Below are positions 12,047 through 24,335 of a stretch of 44,288 bases of DNA, in pieces. This stretch comes from Octopus bimaculoides (taxonomy: Eukaryota): the NCBI RefSeq assembly GCF_001194135.2, contig NC_068981.1:143848976-143893263 (forward strand), in the 5' to 3' direction. Positions within the stretch are counted from its first letter, which is position 1; each line of letters begins with the position of its first letter. The notes under the pieces are model-generated. The model did no database searches, was not told the DNA's origin, and worked only from the letters and a program-made list of their open reading frames with translations. The translations under genes were made by a program, and so were the position numbers.

Positions 12047-12535
12047 GTATACATTCACATATTTCTTATTGTCATACTGCTTAACAAAAACATTTGATTT
12101 ATGGAATTTTGATTGTTGTTTCGTCGGTAGTATATGTAAGATAGTAGATCATGAATTGTACAATTCTATGTAGATACTAATTGCAGAGACCTAACTCAGC
12201 ACAAATGTTATCAAACTCTTGCACAAATGTAGGTGTATGTGAATGCAGAAATTTTAATAGATCTAGATCTAGAAACATACATAATATTTCTTCAGTTTCC
12301 ACACCAAGCTAAATAATACGAAAAGTGGTATGTTGCATTAAATACATACATACTCACAATATGTATGCATATATATATGTGTGTATGTTGTGTGTATGTT
12401 GTATGTATGTGTGTGTGTATGTGTGTATATATATATATATATGTATATATGTATATCTTTATATATGTGTGTGTGTTTGTGTATGTTTGTGCGTATATAT
12501 GTATGTGTATATATATATATATATATATAATNNNN
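11290..12535. repeat. (CA)/(TA)/(TATG) microsatellite cluster with assembly gaps
   Basis: Direct reading. Gap at about 11363-11968, followed by a further gap at about 12532-13186. Confidence 0.9.
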
Positions 12536-13230
12536 NNNNNNNNNNNNNNNNNNNNNNNNNNNNNNNNNNNNNNNNNNNNNNNNNNNNNNNNNNNNNNNNN
12601 NNNNNNNNNNNNNNNNNNNNNNNNNNNNNNNNNNNNNNNNNNNNNNNNNNNNNNNNNNNNNNNNNNNNNNNNNNNNNNNNNNNNNNNNNNNNNNNNNNNN
12701 NNNNNNNNNNNNNNNNNNNNNNNNNNNNNNNNNNNNNNNNNNNNNNNNNNNNNNNNNNNNNNNNNNNNNNNNNNNNNNNNNNNNNNNNNNNNNNNNNNNN
12801 NNNNNNNNNNNNNNNNNNNNNNNNNNNNNNNNNNNNNNNNNNNNNNNNNNNNNNNNNNNNNNNNNNNNNNNNNNNNNNNNNNNNNNNNNNNNNNNNNNNN
12901 NNNNNNNNNNNNNNNNNNNNNNNNNNNNNNNNNNNNNNNNNNNNNNNNNNNNNNNNNNNNNNNNNNNNNNNNNNNNNNNNNNNNNNNNNNNNNNNNNNNN
13001 NNNNNNNNNNNNNNNNNNNNNNNNNNNNNNNNNNNNNNNNNNNNNNNNNNNNNNNNNNNNNNNNNNNNNNNNNNNNNNNNNNNNNNNNNNNNNNNNNNNN
13101 NNNNNNNNNNNNNNNNNNNNNNNNNNNNNNNNNNNNNNNNNNNNNNNNNNNNNNNNNNNNNNNNNNNNNNNNNNNNNNNNNNNNNNATATCTTATGTAGA
13201 ATAACTATTGCTTAACCGTTTTCTCACACC

Positions 13231-13278
13231 GTCTCCGATGAATGGATATATAAGATATCCCGGAAACAGCTGTAAGAC
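13231..13278 (+). ncRNA. Minimal type I hammerhead motif (U4C core variant)
   Basis: GTCT-CCGATGA-AT-GGATAT-ATAAG-ATATCC-CG-GAAA-CAGCTG-TA-AGAC. Stem I GTCT/AGAC, stem II GGATAT/ATATCC, palindromic stem III CAGCTG, GUA triplet. Confidence 0.8.
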
Positions 13279-13970
13279 TTTCTATTTATAAATGTTCTGA
13301 AATCTTTACAGCCTTGGATTTTTATCTCATTCTGTTAAATTTAGTAGTCATATGTGATCATATAGATACAAAAATATATATGCACGAGTATAAGTATATA
13401 ATTATTATATACATGCATATCTATGCGTACCCAGACACAGACGCACGCAAACATACACACACAAATATATATTTATATATATATATATATATATATTATT
13501 TGATATTTTTGTGAGGGAGAGTGTGTGCATTGTTGTGTGTATTCGTGTGTATGCTTTATGTACATGATATGTGCTTGATTAGTAGAGTGTAAATCTATCT
13601 CACTGCAGTTCTATGTGTGTTCGTCTTTCGTTGCGTGGAGTATGTGCATGATCGTGCCTATATGTGTGTGATTGAGAGGTGTACGCGAATGTGTGAGAGC
13701 TAGACAGGTTGCATGTTCGTGTACCAGTGTTTGTGTGTTAGCGTTAATAAACGTATGTCGGCAAAATTTTTTTTAATAGAGTAGACAAAATTGAAATTAA
13801 AATTACATTTATATATATTTTTTATACGTGTTAAAGATCATCGTGCATTTCATTGTTCGTTCATGTCATACATAAACAGCTTAGGGAACCAACCTAATAC
13901 AAATGCCTGTGCACCTTTGCTCAGGGTGAGTGGATAACTATAGCAATTCTTGAACTAATACATTTTACTA

Positions 13971-14092
13971 CGGTTCAAACATTTTTCGATTTTGGTAGTA
14001 ATGGTCGTTGTCGTTTCAACCCTTTAAAGGGTTGCATAAAGCGATGAAACGACAACGATCATTACTGCCAAAATCGAAAAATGTTTGAACCG
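13971..14092. repeat. 48-bp-arm inverted repeat (hairpin/MITE-like)
   Basis: Arms 13971-14018 and 14045-14092 are reverse-complementary at 46 of 48 positions. The spacer overlaps the palindrome AACCCTTTAAAGGGTT. Confidence 0.95.
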
Positions 14093-14103
14093 AAATAAGA
14101 TAG

Positions 14104-14169
<66 letters not shown>

Positions 14170-14886
14170 ACACACATACCTATGTGCATACATACATACG
14201 TTTATAAATACACCATCAAGTATACATATATATGTAGAAAGAAGAGAAAGATAGAAGAGGTATACGTAATCGGAATTAATGTCTCAATAAATAAAATAGT
14301 GTCTCTGTGGCTGTGCGTACTTGTGTCTCCGTGTACTTCTGTCTGTCTCTGTTGAAATGCGCATTATATAATGCATAAATATACGGACAAAGTTATTCAT
14401 ATGCATACAAGTAAGTATGTATATGAATACAAAATTCAATATAAGAAATTCTGTTTGTAAGTATACCTATTCATATCATGTACTTAAACACATTTATATA
14501 TCTATATATGTTCTCCCTTACATGTTGATGTACTTACAATTATCGTTATGCACACATTGATATCAAAGTGTCTATGTTTCCTGCGAAATCAACGATATTT
14601 TTTTTTACTTCGTTCTTTCACACCAATTCGCAGCCTACATATTGATATACTGTATCTTGTCTCATTACTCAATGTCAGCTAGCATTCTTACGCTGGCGAC
14701 AGCGGTATTATAAAATAGCATCGAGAGATATGTATAATATAAATCCTAAAAATATTAAATTATTTTACAAATTATTCTTCTCCTTAAATATCTAGAGTAA
14801 AATTTCATTTTATACTCTGTTATTATCTCAGGTGATACTTGCAGCCTTTAAAGTTACACACTTCGGTACATATGTACATGCACATA

Positions 14887-14975
14887 GTTTTTTTTTTCTA
14901 CTTGTTTTATTCATTAGACTGCAGCTTTGCTGGGATACCACCATTTAAAATGTTGAAGTTCAACTGTATCGAACA
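14887..14975 (-). mobile_element. SINE family C 3' tail plus poly(A), directly downstream of the 7SL-like part
   Basis: Minus strand TCGATACAG..CCCAGCAAAGCTGCAGTCTAATGAATAAAACAAGTAG(A)n versus the family C tail TCGATACATTCGAC..CCCAGCAAGGCCGCAGTCTAATGACTGAAACAACTAAAAGA (about 20419-20494). Confidence 0.75.
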
Positions 14976-15197
14976 GGTTACCAGCCGACAACCATTCATA
15001 GGTGCGATTTTGCCAGCTGCGTTTCTGCCTTGGGCCGAATCGAACCTGCTTAGTCAAGGTGGTCCTGATAAGCGCCATATCGATGCTGAGCTTAGTTCGG
15101 ACACATCTGAATGCCAAAGAAAACCGACTACCGAGACTTCCATCCTCAAACCAAGCCTCCAAATAGCTGGATTACAGGATCAATCCACAACTTCCCT
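14976..15197 (-). pseudogene. RN7SL: 7SL (SRP) RNA-derived sequence with internal deletions
   Basis: Minus strand is colinear with metazoan 7SL as recalled: CCTGTAATCCAGCTATTTGGAGGCT..GAGGATGG (Alu domain), GTGTCCGAACTAAGCTCAGCATCGATATGG, GGACCACC..TTGACTAAG, GGCCCAAGGCAGAAACGCAGC (helix 8), ATCGCACCTATGAAT. Helix 6 is shortened and part of helix 5 is deleted. Confidence 0.85.
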
Positions 15198-15256
15198 GTA
15201 TATATATATATATACACGCACACACACGCACACACACGCACGCGCGCACACACACA

Positions 15257-16470
15257 CACATGACAGAAGTAAATAGACGCCCCTATACTCATTAAAATTA
15301 ATATAAATTTGAAATTATGCATTCAAATTATTTATTATTATGATTGTGACTATCTAATATTTAGTAGACGTGCCCTTTACATTTTTCAATGTAAGGAATC
15401 TATTAGACATGCTAGTCTATCGATCAGATGACGAATATTCTTTTGAGGAATTTCTTGCAAAGTTTCATGCAGTAATCTCAAAAGATCTGATTTGAGTATG
15501 CTTTGTTGTTCTTTTTATGAAGTGTTCTGTTCATTATGACCCACAGGTGTCCAATAGGATTCATATCTGGAGACTGGTTTGGCCATGGAAGCTTTTTAAA
15601 GACATTGTCTTCCAACCAAACTTGGGTCTTTTTAGCCATGTGACAATGAGCCCCTTCTTCTATAAATAAAGAGTCTGTAATCATTTCACTACTGGAGAAG
15701 ATTGGAAGGAGTCCTTTCTACAATATGGACACATATTTATCTGAGTTTATGTTTCCCACACACTCCACCAGCTCTGATCGACCATTGCTCCAAATTGCTC
15801 CCCAGACCATCACAGAATAGCCACCGTGTTTCATTGTTGACTGCAATCTTTTCACGTCAAATTCCTGATCACAGAGTCTCCAGACATACACTCGACCACT
15901 ATCAGAAAAGACAGCAAATTTGGACTCATTAGAGAATATGATAATGTCCTAATGCTAGTGCCCTCTCCACCACTGGCCCAATCTTTTTTCTGATTGATAT
16001 TGTGGCTGGTTGAAGAAATGCTTCCTACTTGCTGCTCTGCCATAGTAGCCAAGTTTATGTAGATACCTGACAGTTGTCCTGGGATTGAAATCAACTTGTT
16101 CTGCTATGTCAGAGGCCTTGCAACGAGGATTAGACCCCACACTTCACATAACAAAGTGAAGGGTCCTGTCAGAGGGCCCTCGTCGACCTGGGCGAGGTAA
16201 TGTGGTCTCCTTGCCCTTCCTGGTGAATTGCACAATCACTCTACTAACTGTAGAAAGTGGGATCCCAAGTTTTTCTACGATTTTACTCTGATTAGGTCCG
16301 CATTGAGATTGATACACAATACGGCCTCTTTGAAATTCAAACAGTTCCAAGCCTTCTTTTGTGTGTGGCATGATTAAACAGTCAATTAATGGAAAATACA
16401 AGCCTATTCAAGCTAAAATAAGGATAAAACGATGCTTTATGGCGTCTCTATTTACTTCTGTCATGTCAGT
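15257..16470 (-). mobile_element. Tc1-family DNA transposon, defective, with TIRs
   Basis: TIRs ACATGACAGAAGTAAATAGACGCC (about 15258-15282) and its reverse complement (16441-16467). N-terminal [34 protein letters not shown]; linker YYGRAASRK; DDE C-part EGAHCH..WPNQSPDMNPIGHLW. Frameshifted. Confidence 0.92.
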
Positions 16471-17027
16471 ATATATAAACACCTATATATATATATGTGT
16501 GTGTGTGTGCGCGCGTGTGTGTNNNNNNNNNNNNNNNNNNNNNNNNNNNNNNNNNNNNNNNNNNNNNNNNNNNNNNNNNNNNNNNNNNNNNNNNNNNNNN
16601 NNNNNNNNNNNNNNNNNNNNNNNNNNNNNNNNNNNNNNNNNNNNNNNNNNNNNNNNNNNNNNNNNNNNNNNNNNNNNNNNNNNNNNNNNNNNNNNNNNNN
16701 NNNNNNNNNNNNNNNNNNNNNNNNNNNNNNNNNNNNNNNNNNNNNNNNNNNNNNNNNNNNNNNNNNNNNNNNNNNNNNNNNNNNNNNNNNNNNNNNNNNN
16801 NNNNNNNNNNNNNNNNNNNNNNNNNNNNNNNNNNNNNNNNNNNNNNNNNNNNNNNNNNNNNNNNNNNNNNNNNNNNNNNNNNNNNNNNATATATATATAT
16901 ATATATATATATACATATGTGTGTGTGTGTGCGCGCGTGTGTGTGCGCGCGTGTGTGTAGATATTTATATATACATATATACATGGAATCGTGCAAACAC
17001 ACACATACTCACATATATATTTATATA

Positions 17028-17909
17028 CAGCGATGGCTAAATTGTCACCACTTTATATTTCTAATTTTGCGCAAGCACGTTTTGTTTTTGATTTTGTCCA
17101 CTACACAGTATAGTAGGTTTAAGTGGGCACCGTCTGTGAGAAAAAACAGGACAATGACGCAATTCACTCTGCCAGAAATTTGGAAACGACACGCTGTCCT
17201 GCCTAGCATTCACGCTGGAAGCTCCAATACGAACATTTCAGAGTTTTGGGGCATCAATCTGAGGTCAGTGCAATCTGAGAAAATGTACCCAGAGTAATAA
17301 AAATCAAACAACCATTCAAAATTATGGTGGTTGCCGTGATCACTAGTGATGGCGACGTTATGCCTCCATTCGTCTTCCCACACAGCCTCAGAGTCAGTAC
17401 AGAGGGAGTAGTGCCTGGAAGGGATAGTGCACCCCTGGATCAAGAGGGTGGCTGCTGAAAGACCCTTTAACTGGCAAAAGGACTCTGCACCATGCCATGC
17501 CAGGCAAGCAGGAGAACCCTGTCATAGCAGTCAGACAATTTCTGCAACCACGTCACCCCTAACATCTGACCACCTAACTCTCGCGACTACAACCCCTTTA
17601 ATTATTATGTGTGGGGCGAAGTTGAGCAAGAGACCAACAAAACTCCTTGTAACACCAAAGATGAACTGAAGACAAGGATTATGGCAGCATTCACCAGCTT
17701 AAACACCAAGACAGTCCAGAAGAGTTGCAGGAGATTCCGAAATCGTCTGGAGGCCGTCGTCGAAACCAATGGCGATTTTATTGAATAAATTTACTTTTTA
17801 GTATTTCAAGATATTTCTATTTAATTTTGGTAAATATATGTTAAAATGAGTTATAAGCCTTATTTTCATTTTTGTATAATTTAGACGACAGTTTAGTCAC
17901 CGCACCCTG
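17028..17909 (+). mobile_element. Tc1/mariner maT (DD37D-like) element, internally deleted
   Basis: TA-flanked imperfect TIRs CAGCGATGGCTAAATTGTC and rc CAGGGTGCGGTGACTAAACTGTC. Motifs WQKDSAPCH (about 17472), I*PPNSRDYNPFNYYVWG (about 17564-17617) and C-terminus RRFRNRLEAVVETNGDFIE* (stop 17786-17788). The DD37D spacing is inferred from a reconstructed, frameshifted segment. Confidence 0.85.
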
Positions 17910-19599
17910 TATATACATACGCGCGCGCGTGTGTGCAACTGTGTATGTATGTGTGTGTGTCTGAGTGTGTGCTTGTGTGTCTTCGCGTGTGTGTAACAAA
18001 TAGGTAAACCGTCGCGTAGATCCTGTGAAAGCTTGATTAGTCTAAATCCTGTCCCTCAAGTGTTAGATATACTTTGCGTTTTCTCGTGATCCATAAGTTA
18101 ATTGGCAGATTAATATTAAATACGCGCACACTTTCGCGCGCGCGCACAGATACACACAAAGACACGCACGTAAAGAAACACACAAGTATATACACACATA
18201 CACACCTACCCAAACACATTTATACAGCCGCCAACGTGCAACAACACTTGTCTGCGTATGGTGGGGACAAATACATTCGACCGTTAGCAATTAAGTAATT
18301 ATAAAAAGATAACAATAAAAAACACTCCCTTTGAGGAAGAATTTTATTTGATATGACATAAAGACTTCAATGTGAAATTTATGGGAAACAAATAATTTTA
18401 GGTAGTAATTTAAACATTTTTAATTTACTGACTTCTACTTAACTGTATTTGACACATCAAAACTACCTAACTATATTAATGACATTATCACGTTACGGTT
18501 TTGTATATGCAGTGTTTCGCCGCATAGCTATAAACGCCCTTTTATAAAATTTATCATATTTACAGACGTATCAGAGCAGAATCTAACTTGCTTGTATGGA
18601 CTCACGGAAAAAAATAGCTATGTTAGTTTAATACACATTCATAAACAGTATTTCGCACTTCTATGAATGCACCTACCCGCTCATCACATCTTCTGTTTAT
18701 TCATCTAATCAAATAGAAAAATAGAGAATCGATTGAAACTGCTATCAGTCCATTACCATTCAGAGATAAAAACGAGAGCTTCATGACATCAATTATCTTG
18801 TGTGATTGTTTTCTTTAAATTACTCGCTTATTAGAAAGATTATCTCGGAAAGTTGGGTTATAACGTACTTAGGTACTTAACAGAACTTATTGCGACTGAA
18901 AGGTTTTGTATGGACGCCTATTTGCTTCGTTGCTATCCTAGTTTTCTATAATGAAAGAAAATCATTCGCTAGAAATGATATAGGAAAAGATAGGAAAAGT
19001 AATGATGAAGGCGAGAAACTGAACATTAGCGCCAAGATTTCTCTCCTTTATCAAGTTTTCGTTGAAATGTTATCACTGACTTTGATTTGCGATAAAATAG
19101 TAGTGGTGACAGCAATAACTACAACAACAATATCTCAACATTTATAATCCAATAATATATATATTAGCGAGTAATAATTACAGAACGTCGTCTTTCGACT
19201 TTGATAGCAAATTGGTTACTTCAGTGAAGAACTACAATAATCTTGAAAGCCAAATTCTTAAATTGGAGATTTTGCAAAGAAGAAAATATATTGGTATATG
19301 TAAATGGCATATGGCAAACAGCTTAGCTAGCCCTATCGTTTCGTGATAAAGAAAACATTTCTCTTTGTCACTAAACAACAGAAGTGGGAGATAATTAACT
19401 AGCGAAAGAAACGAAATTTAAAAAAAAGTAGTCGCCGAGTTTATCTAGGTTTTAGGCAATACTGATTGTTAAACCTACAATCATGACAAAACAAAACTAA
19501 TATGGAAATCATCACTTCCTGCAGTAATTTTAGAACTAATCTTCTAATCTCTTCTCGTAATCAATATTCCTTCATACTGACTTATAAAGCAAAATTTAA

Positions 19600-19790
19600 T
19601 TTCATATTTTGGCACAAATATCACAGATTTCAGGGCTATATTCGTTTGAATAAACCCTACCATATTTGATCGACCTTGAAGCACAACATTTTCTGCTAAA
19701 GTAATTTTTGCAGATTAACTTTCTAATCTCTCTTGGAGTTTGGAAGATTAAACAAAGTTAACCCTGTTGAGATTCCACCTTACACTGTTA
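19600..19790 (-). mobile_element. Old SINE family B copy
   Basis: Weak similarity to the family B tail and core (TTTGGCACAA..TTGATCGACC). Confidence 0.4.
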
Positions 19791-20089
19791 AGCAACATTA
19801 ATAAATAATGTATAGCGTGCATTATATTTCCTAACTAAAATATTGAGCACACAGCAAGAGAACCTTTATGCAGTCGCTCAGTGTTCTTGAAATATCACCC
19901 GAAATCATACATCACCTTAAATAAGTAAAGTTTATCAACCACTAAAAGGTGGGATAATCACGGATGGAATGCTTTTAATCAAAGATTTTCTATCAGAGTT
20001 GCCCACCAAAATAACAGTTTTAATATAGTAAATATTTTTTCTGTATTTTTCTTAAAAGTTAATTCAGTTCTGGCAGTAATTCATCAACC

Positions 20090-20249
20090 ATGCTTGAGCA
20101 GGTATGGTTGTGTGTTAAGAAGCTTGCTTCCCAACCCACCGGGTTCAATCCAACTGCGTGGCACCTTGGGAAAATGTCTTGTACTATAAGCCTCTGGCTG
20201 ACCAAAGCTTGTGAGTGGATTTGGCAGACGGACACTGAATGAAAACCGA

Positions 20250-20297
<48 letters not shown>

Positions 20298-20494
20298 ATT
20301 GTCCTCCCACCCACTGCCTGACAACCGGTGTAGGTGTCTTTACGTCTCTGTTACTAGCGGCTAGGAAATAGAGACCGATAGGATAAGTACCAGACTTTAA
20401 AAAATATAGGTACCGGGGTCGATACATTCGACTAAAAATTCTTCAAGGCAGTGCCCCAGCAAGGCCGCAGTCTAATGACTGAAACAACTAAAAG
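20090..20494 (+). mobile_element. tRNA-derived SINE family C, most complete copy, with internal (TG)n
   Basis: tRNA-like head GGTTGTGTGTTAAGAAGCTTGCTTCCCAACC..GGGTTCAATCC. Central CTTGTGAGTGGATTTGGCAGACGGACACTGAA block resembles a Deu/Nin-type domain (tentative recall). (TG)n at about 20255-20292, then the conserved tail. Confidence 0.85.
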
Positions 20495-23400
20495 ATGTTG
20501 AAATACAAAAACATATCAAGAAATAAGATTAGGATTAGGATTTACTTGATATGGATTTCTTACACTGGCAAAAGGAACTTACATGTTGTAAGTATTGGTA
20601 TTCATCTTCTGAACTCTGGTCAGTCCTGATAAAATCAGCCAAATGTTTCAGCAACCAGTTATTCTCGAATCACATTGAAACCAATGTAGCATTCGTTTCT
20701 AAGTCAGAGAGATTTGAGTGACATTCAGCTGCTATTTTTAATTGGTATGATTACCACTTAAAAAGTTTTCTTGTTGGATCAAAGACAAAGCTCAAAACTA
20801 TATATTACTTGTACTTATTTTATCAGTTCCCGACGGAGGAAAACAAAAGTCTCTGGTAAAGAATTCTATCCCCGGACCTCGATGCACGAAGCTAGGCGCT
20901 GTCAAGCCTTTCGTCCACTGCTCCACTCTGATTCTTTTTCATTCTGTATGAAAAGGAAAAAATAATAGTCTGTTAGAATACTGTTCAGTCCTCTAGTGCA
21001 TTAGGTTTCACACAAGTGAAGTCGAATTTCTAAAGTGGCTGGGTAAGTATCTATCTCTGTTTTATAGTACACAATCGGACATCAGTTATATCCATTCTAA
21101 AGCATCTTATCTAATAAATATCTGGAAGCAATTTGATTAACTCTATCAGATTTAATGTGTACATTTAGTCAAATAATATATGCAAGCAGTATAGAATATA
21201 AAGTTATATTATCCATCTTGTCAAAGTATTCCCACATATTGTTTCACTCGTTTTCTTTCACAAATATTCTACTTGACCTACTCTTGATTTTAAATGGTTA
21301 AAAGTTTCCTTAAAAAAATTATGATTGAAACCAGTTTTGATGTTCATAAACATTTTAAAACTTTGAAAATTATTTCACACACACACTTTATGATTCTTCC
21401 TTTTCTTATTTTTCATTCCACCCCCACTGCACCCCCGACATTTTTTTCTTCTTTTCCTGGTGAATGATATCACCTAGTAGGCCGCATTAGTCAATGTCAA
21501 ATACATAAAGTAGCGATGAAATTAATGAGAATTTGATTAATCACTTGAAACGTTTCTTTCGCCAAGCGAGTATTTCAAGACATGATGACTAACGGCGTAT
21601 TTGAAAATGGGTTAAAACAAATTTTTGAAGCCAACAAGTTTATGATAAATTATTTTGCTTAATATGACTGACAGATATAATCATACAGTCGTAGAATTAA
21701 TAATCTTTTATATAAAAAAAATTATAACAAAATGTTGTTGACGCTGATGTCAGTTGGGTCTGTAATATAACCAACTTGTACTTCCGATCAATTTTAAGGT
21801 TTGGGGGAAAGTGTATGAAAGGAAATCAATACGTAGAGTATATCAGACTTGTGACATATAGATATTACTTAACTAGTATGCTTTGCTAATATAAAAATCA
21901 TCATTTAATAATCTTCAAACATCTTCAGATAACGATTTCGACACATTTCATCTATATAAAGGCATTATTCGAGAAGACAGATTTTTCTTCCTTGTCATAT
22001 CCTTTTAACTTATATCAACAATATTTGAATACTAAAAAGATCTCATAAATAATCGACATAGAATGGAACGATAGATATCATCCGTAGAAATATAATCCTG
22101 ATTTGTGATGAGCATAGCTCAGTAAATTTTAACATCTTGTCATAAAACTTCAGTCTAATTTTTGTCTTATAATTTATTCAAGTGATGACTGACAGCCTAG
22201 AATATATATTGACATATCCTAGTAGATAACATCAATTATACAATATTCATGGTATACAATATATAATAAAGAGAATATGCTAAAATAAGAACGGCCACTG
22301 AAACATGAATCATAGTATTTTTAATTTGAAATTATGTTGTAGAGTCAGCACCATCGTCGTTGTCATCATCATCATCATCAGCAGCAGCAGCAGCAGAAAT
22401 ATTGCGACCATCACTGTTATAAATCATTTAGGCCTAAATTTACTGCAGGCTACTGTAAGCAATCTTTAAGTGCCCATCACCTATTGATAATTTTCGTTTA
22501 AATGTCTGAAACCTTTCTTTTCAAGGTCTTTTGGATTATTTCCAGTTAAGGCTTTTATAGTTTCTATAAATGAAGTTAGAGTTGCAGTTTGAATAGGAAC
22601 TTTAAAGAGTTCAATCGATTTTCTTAATCAATCTAGCATAACACTACTTTTGTATCAAAATGGCTGTCGTGCAAAAAGTATTTCATAGAATATGACTCTC
22701 CACAGACTCCTCATCCTCGACACTGAAGAATTCACGAACAAGTCACTATCCACACTTCTCTGCAGTAAAGCCCACTATTCGGGAGTACAAAAGTATACCA
22801 CTGTTAAATAGCTCAATGCAGATTTAGGGATGGTGTGTAATATTCTATTATTTTCAGTAACGTTACTTCCTTGGCACTGCACCTGTTACTGGTAATGGAT
22901 CGGATATTGCAACGTATCATTTCTTTTCGCTAATAATATTAATACAAGAGACTTTTCACAAAAAATATCAACGGGTTAACAATTTCAGCAGATGTTGCAA
23001 GAATAAAGATAGAGAACTGGCTGCAGTCTACATCTACGAAAGGCATCGTTCTCAAATCGTGTCAGTGGTACACCTATGTTCGTGGCCAATGTATATGGCT
23101 ATCAACAGATCACTCTATTTACATGTGTAAATGAAGTTTCCATTTACATATGTAAATGAGGTTTGTAAGCATCGTTTGTACTATAAATACAGTTTGTTAG
23201 TTACGATACAGTGATAGGTAAATTCCTCGAGATAGGCAAATTTCACGAGAATGGCACCTGAGATAAATCCGTTGTACTATCACCTCCTTGACGCAACGGA
23301 AATCGGAGATAAGTATCGTCTCTAGTATTTTGGTGGGGGTGGGGTGGGTCTAAAATGACGTGAACTACGTTCACAGCACAGAAAAGAAAGCTATTAGAAA

Positions 23401-23585
23401 ATATTGGTTGTGAGTCTTATACAGTAATAAGAGAATCTATCGCAGAATAAAATAAAACAGGGGAGCATAGTTGGTTATTTGCACAGGTTTTGAATTACTA
23501 GCGAAAGAAATTAAAATTTGAGTCACATTTTTATACAGTTTTAGGGAAACAAATAGGAACAGTGAGAAGTTTTGTTTGCAACAAC

Positions 23586-23680
23586 CTGGTTCTGGATTTG
23601 TCTCCTCTATGGATATGTCGTCTGCCATAGCCTCGTGGTGGAAATTTCTCAGGGAGTAATAGTGCTGAAGATATGGATGC
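23586..23680 (-). other. Candidate exon with start codon (MADDISIEETNPEP...)
   Basis: Strong acceptor CTATTTTCTTCCTTTGCAG|G, ATG at 23628 in the context GAGGCT-ATG-G, weak donor CAG|GTTGTT. No homology recognised. Confidence 0.2.
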
Positions 23681-24335
23681 CTGCAAAGGAAGAAAATAGC
23701 GTCGAGAAAACCGAACAAAATCATATTTTTGGACCAAGTTACTTGCTACATTTTTTCGGAATCTTGTCACTCATGCCCTCATAAATGCAGTGAACCAGTG
23801 ACAGGTCTGTTAAAATCCTGTAATGGTATTCTTCACTTATTGGAATATAAAATAAAATTATTCGTACGATTCGACTAAAGGGGTGCTTATTTCGAATAAG
23901 GCACGCCGTTCATCAACTGTTTGATTGACACAATGGCACATATATTAGGAGAAGAATATAATCCATTACTAACACTTAGTCACATCAAAGTAGGTTGATA
24001 AATGAAGGCCAAAGTAGATAGAATGGGATTCGAATCCAGAACGTTAAGATTCTGATTAAATATGGCATCCCTCTATTCTTTTTACCATATTACCACTCTT
24101 GATTATTAAAACAGAACTTATCAAAATTTGGTAGTAAAGTTTATGAGCATATTTTTATTGCTTTATATCGATTTTTAATTGCTTAATCATAACTGTATTT
24201 CATAGCTACGGTTCTACCAGCTTCCATTAGACAAAATACAAATAACAATAATAATTTCCCTTCATCTACTCAGAAATTTTTTTTTATTATTATTTAGAAG
24301 TATTTATTCGCGGGAGTAAATGAGTCACAAATATT

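Noticed and set aside
14839-15276. 145-aa plus-strand ORF with a strong-looking acceptor (and the 82-aa antisense ORF)
   Set aside because: Explained by the antisense 7SL-derived sequence; the pyrimidine tract is the poly(A) tail of the retroposon.
22715-22750. GACA-CTGAAGA..CGAAC hammerhead-like string; REFFSVEDEESVESHIL on the minus strand
   Set aside because: Core incomplete, and the peptide is too short to assign (possible LINE zinc-knuckle relic).
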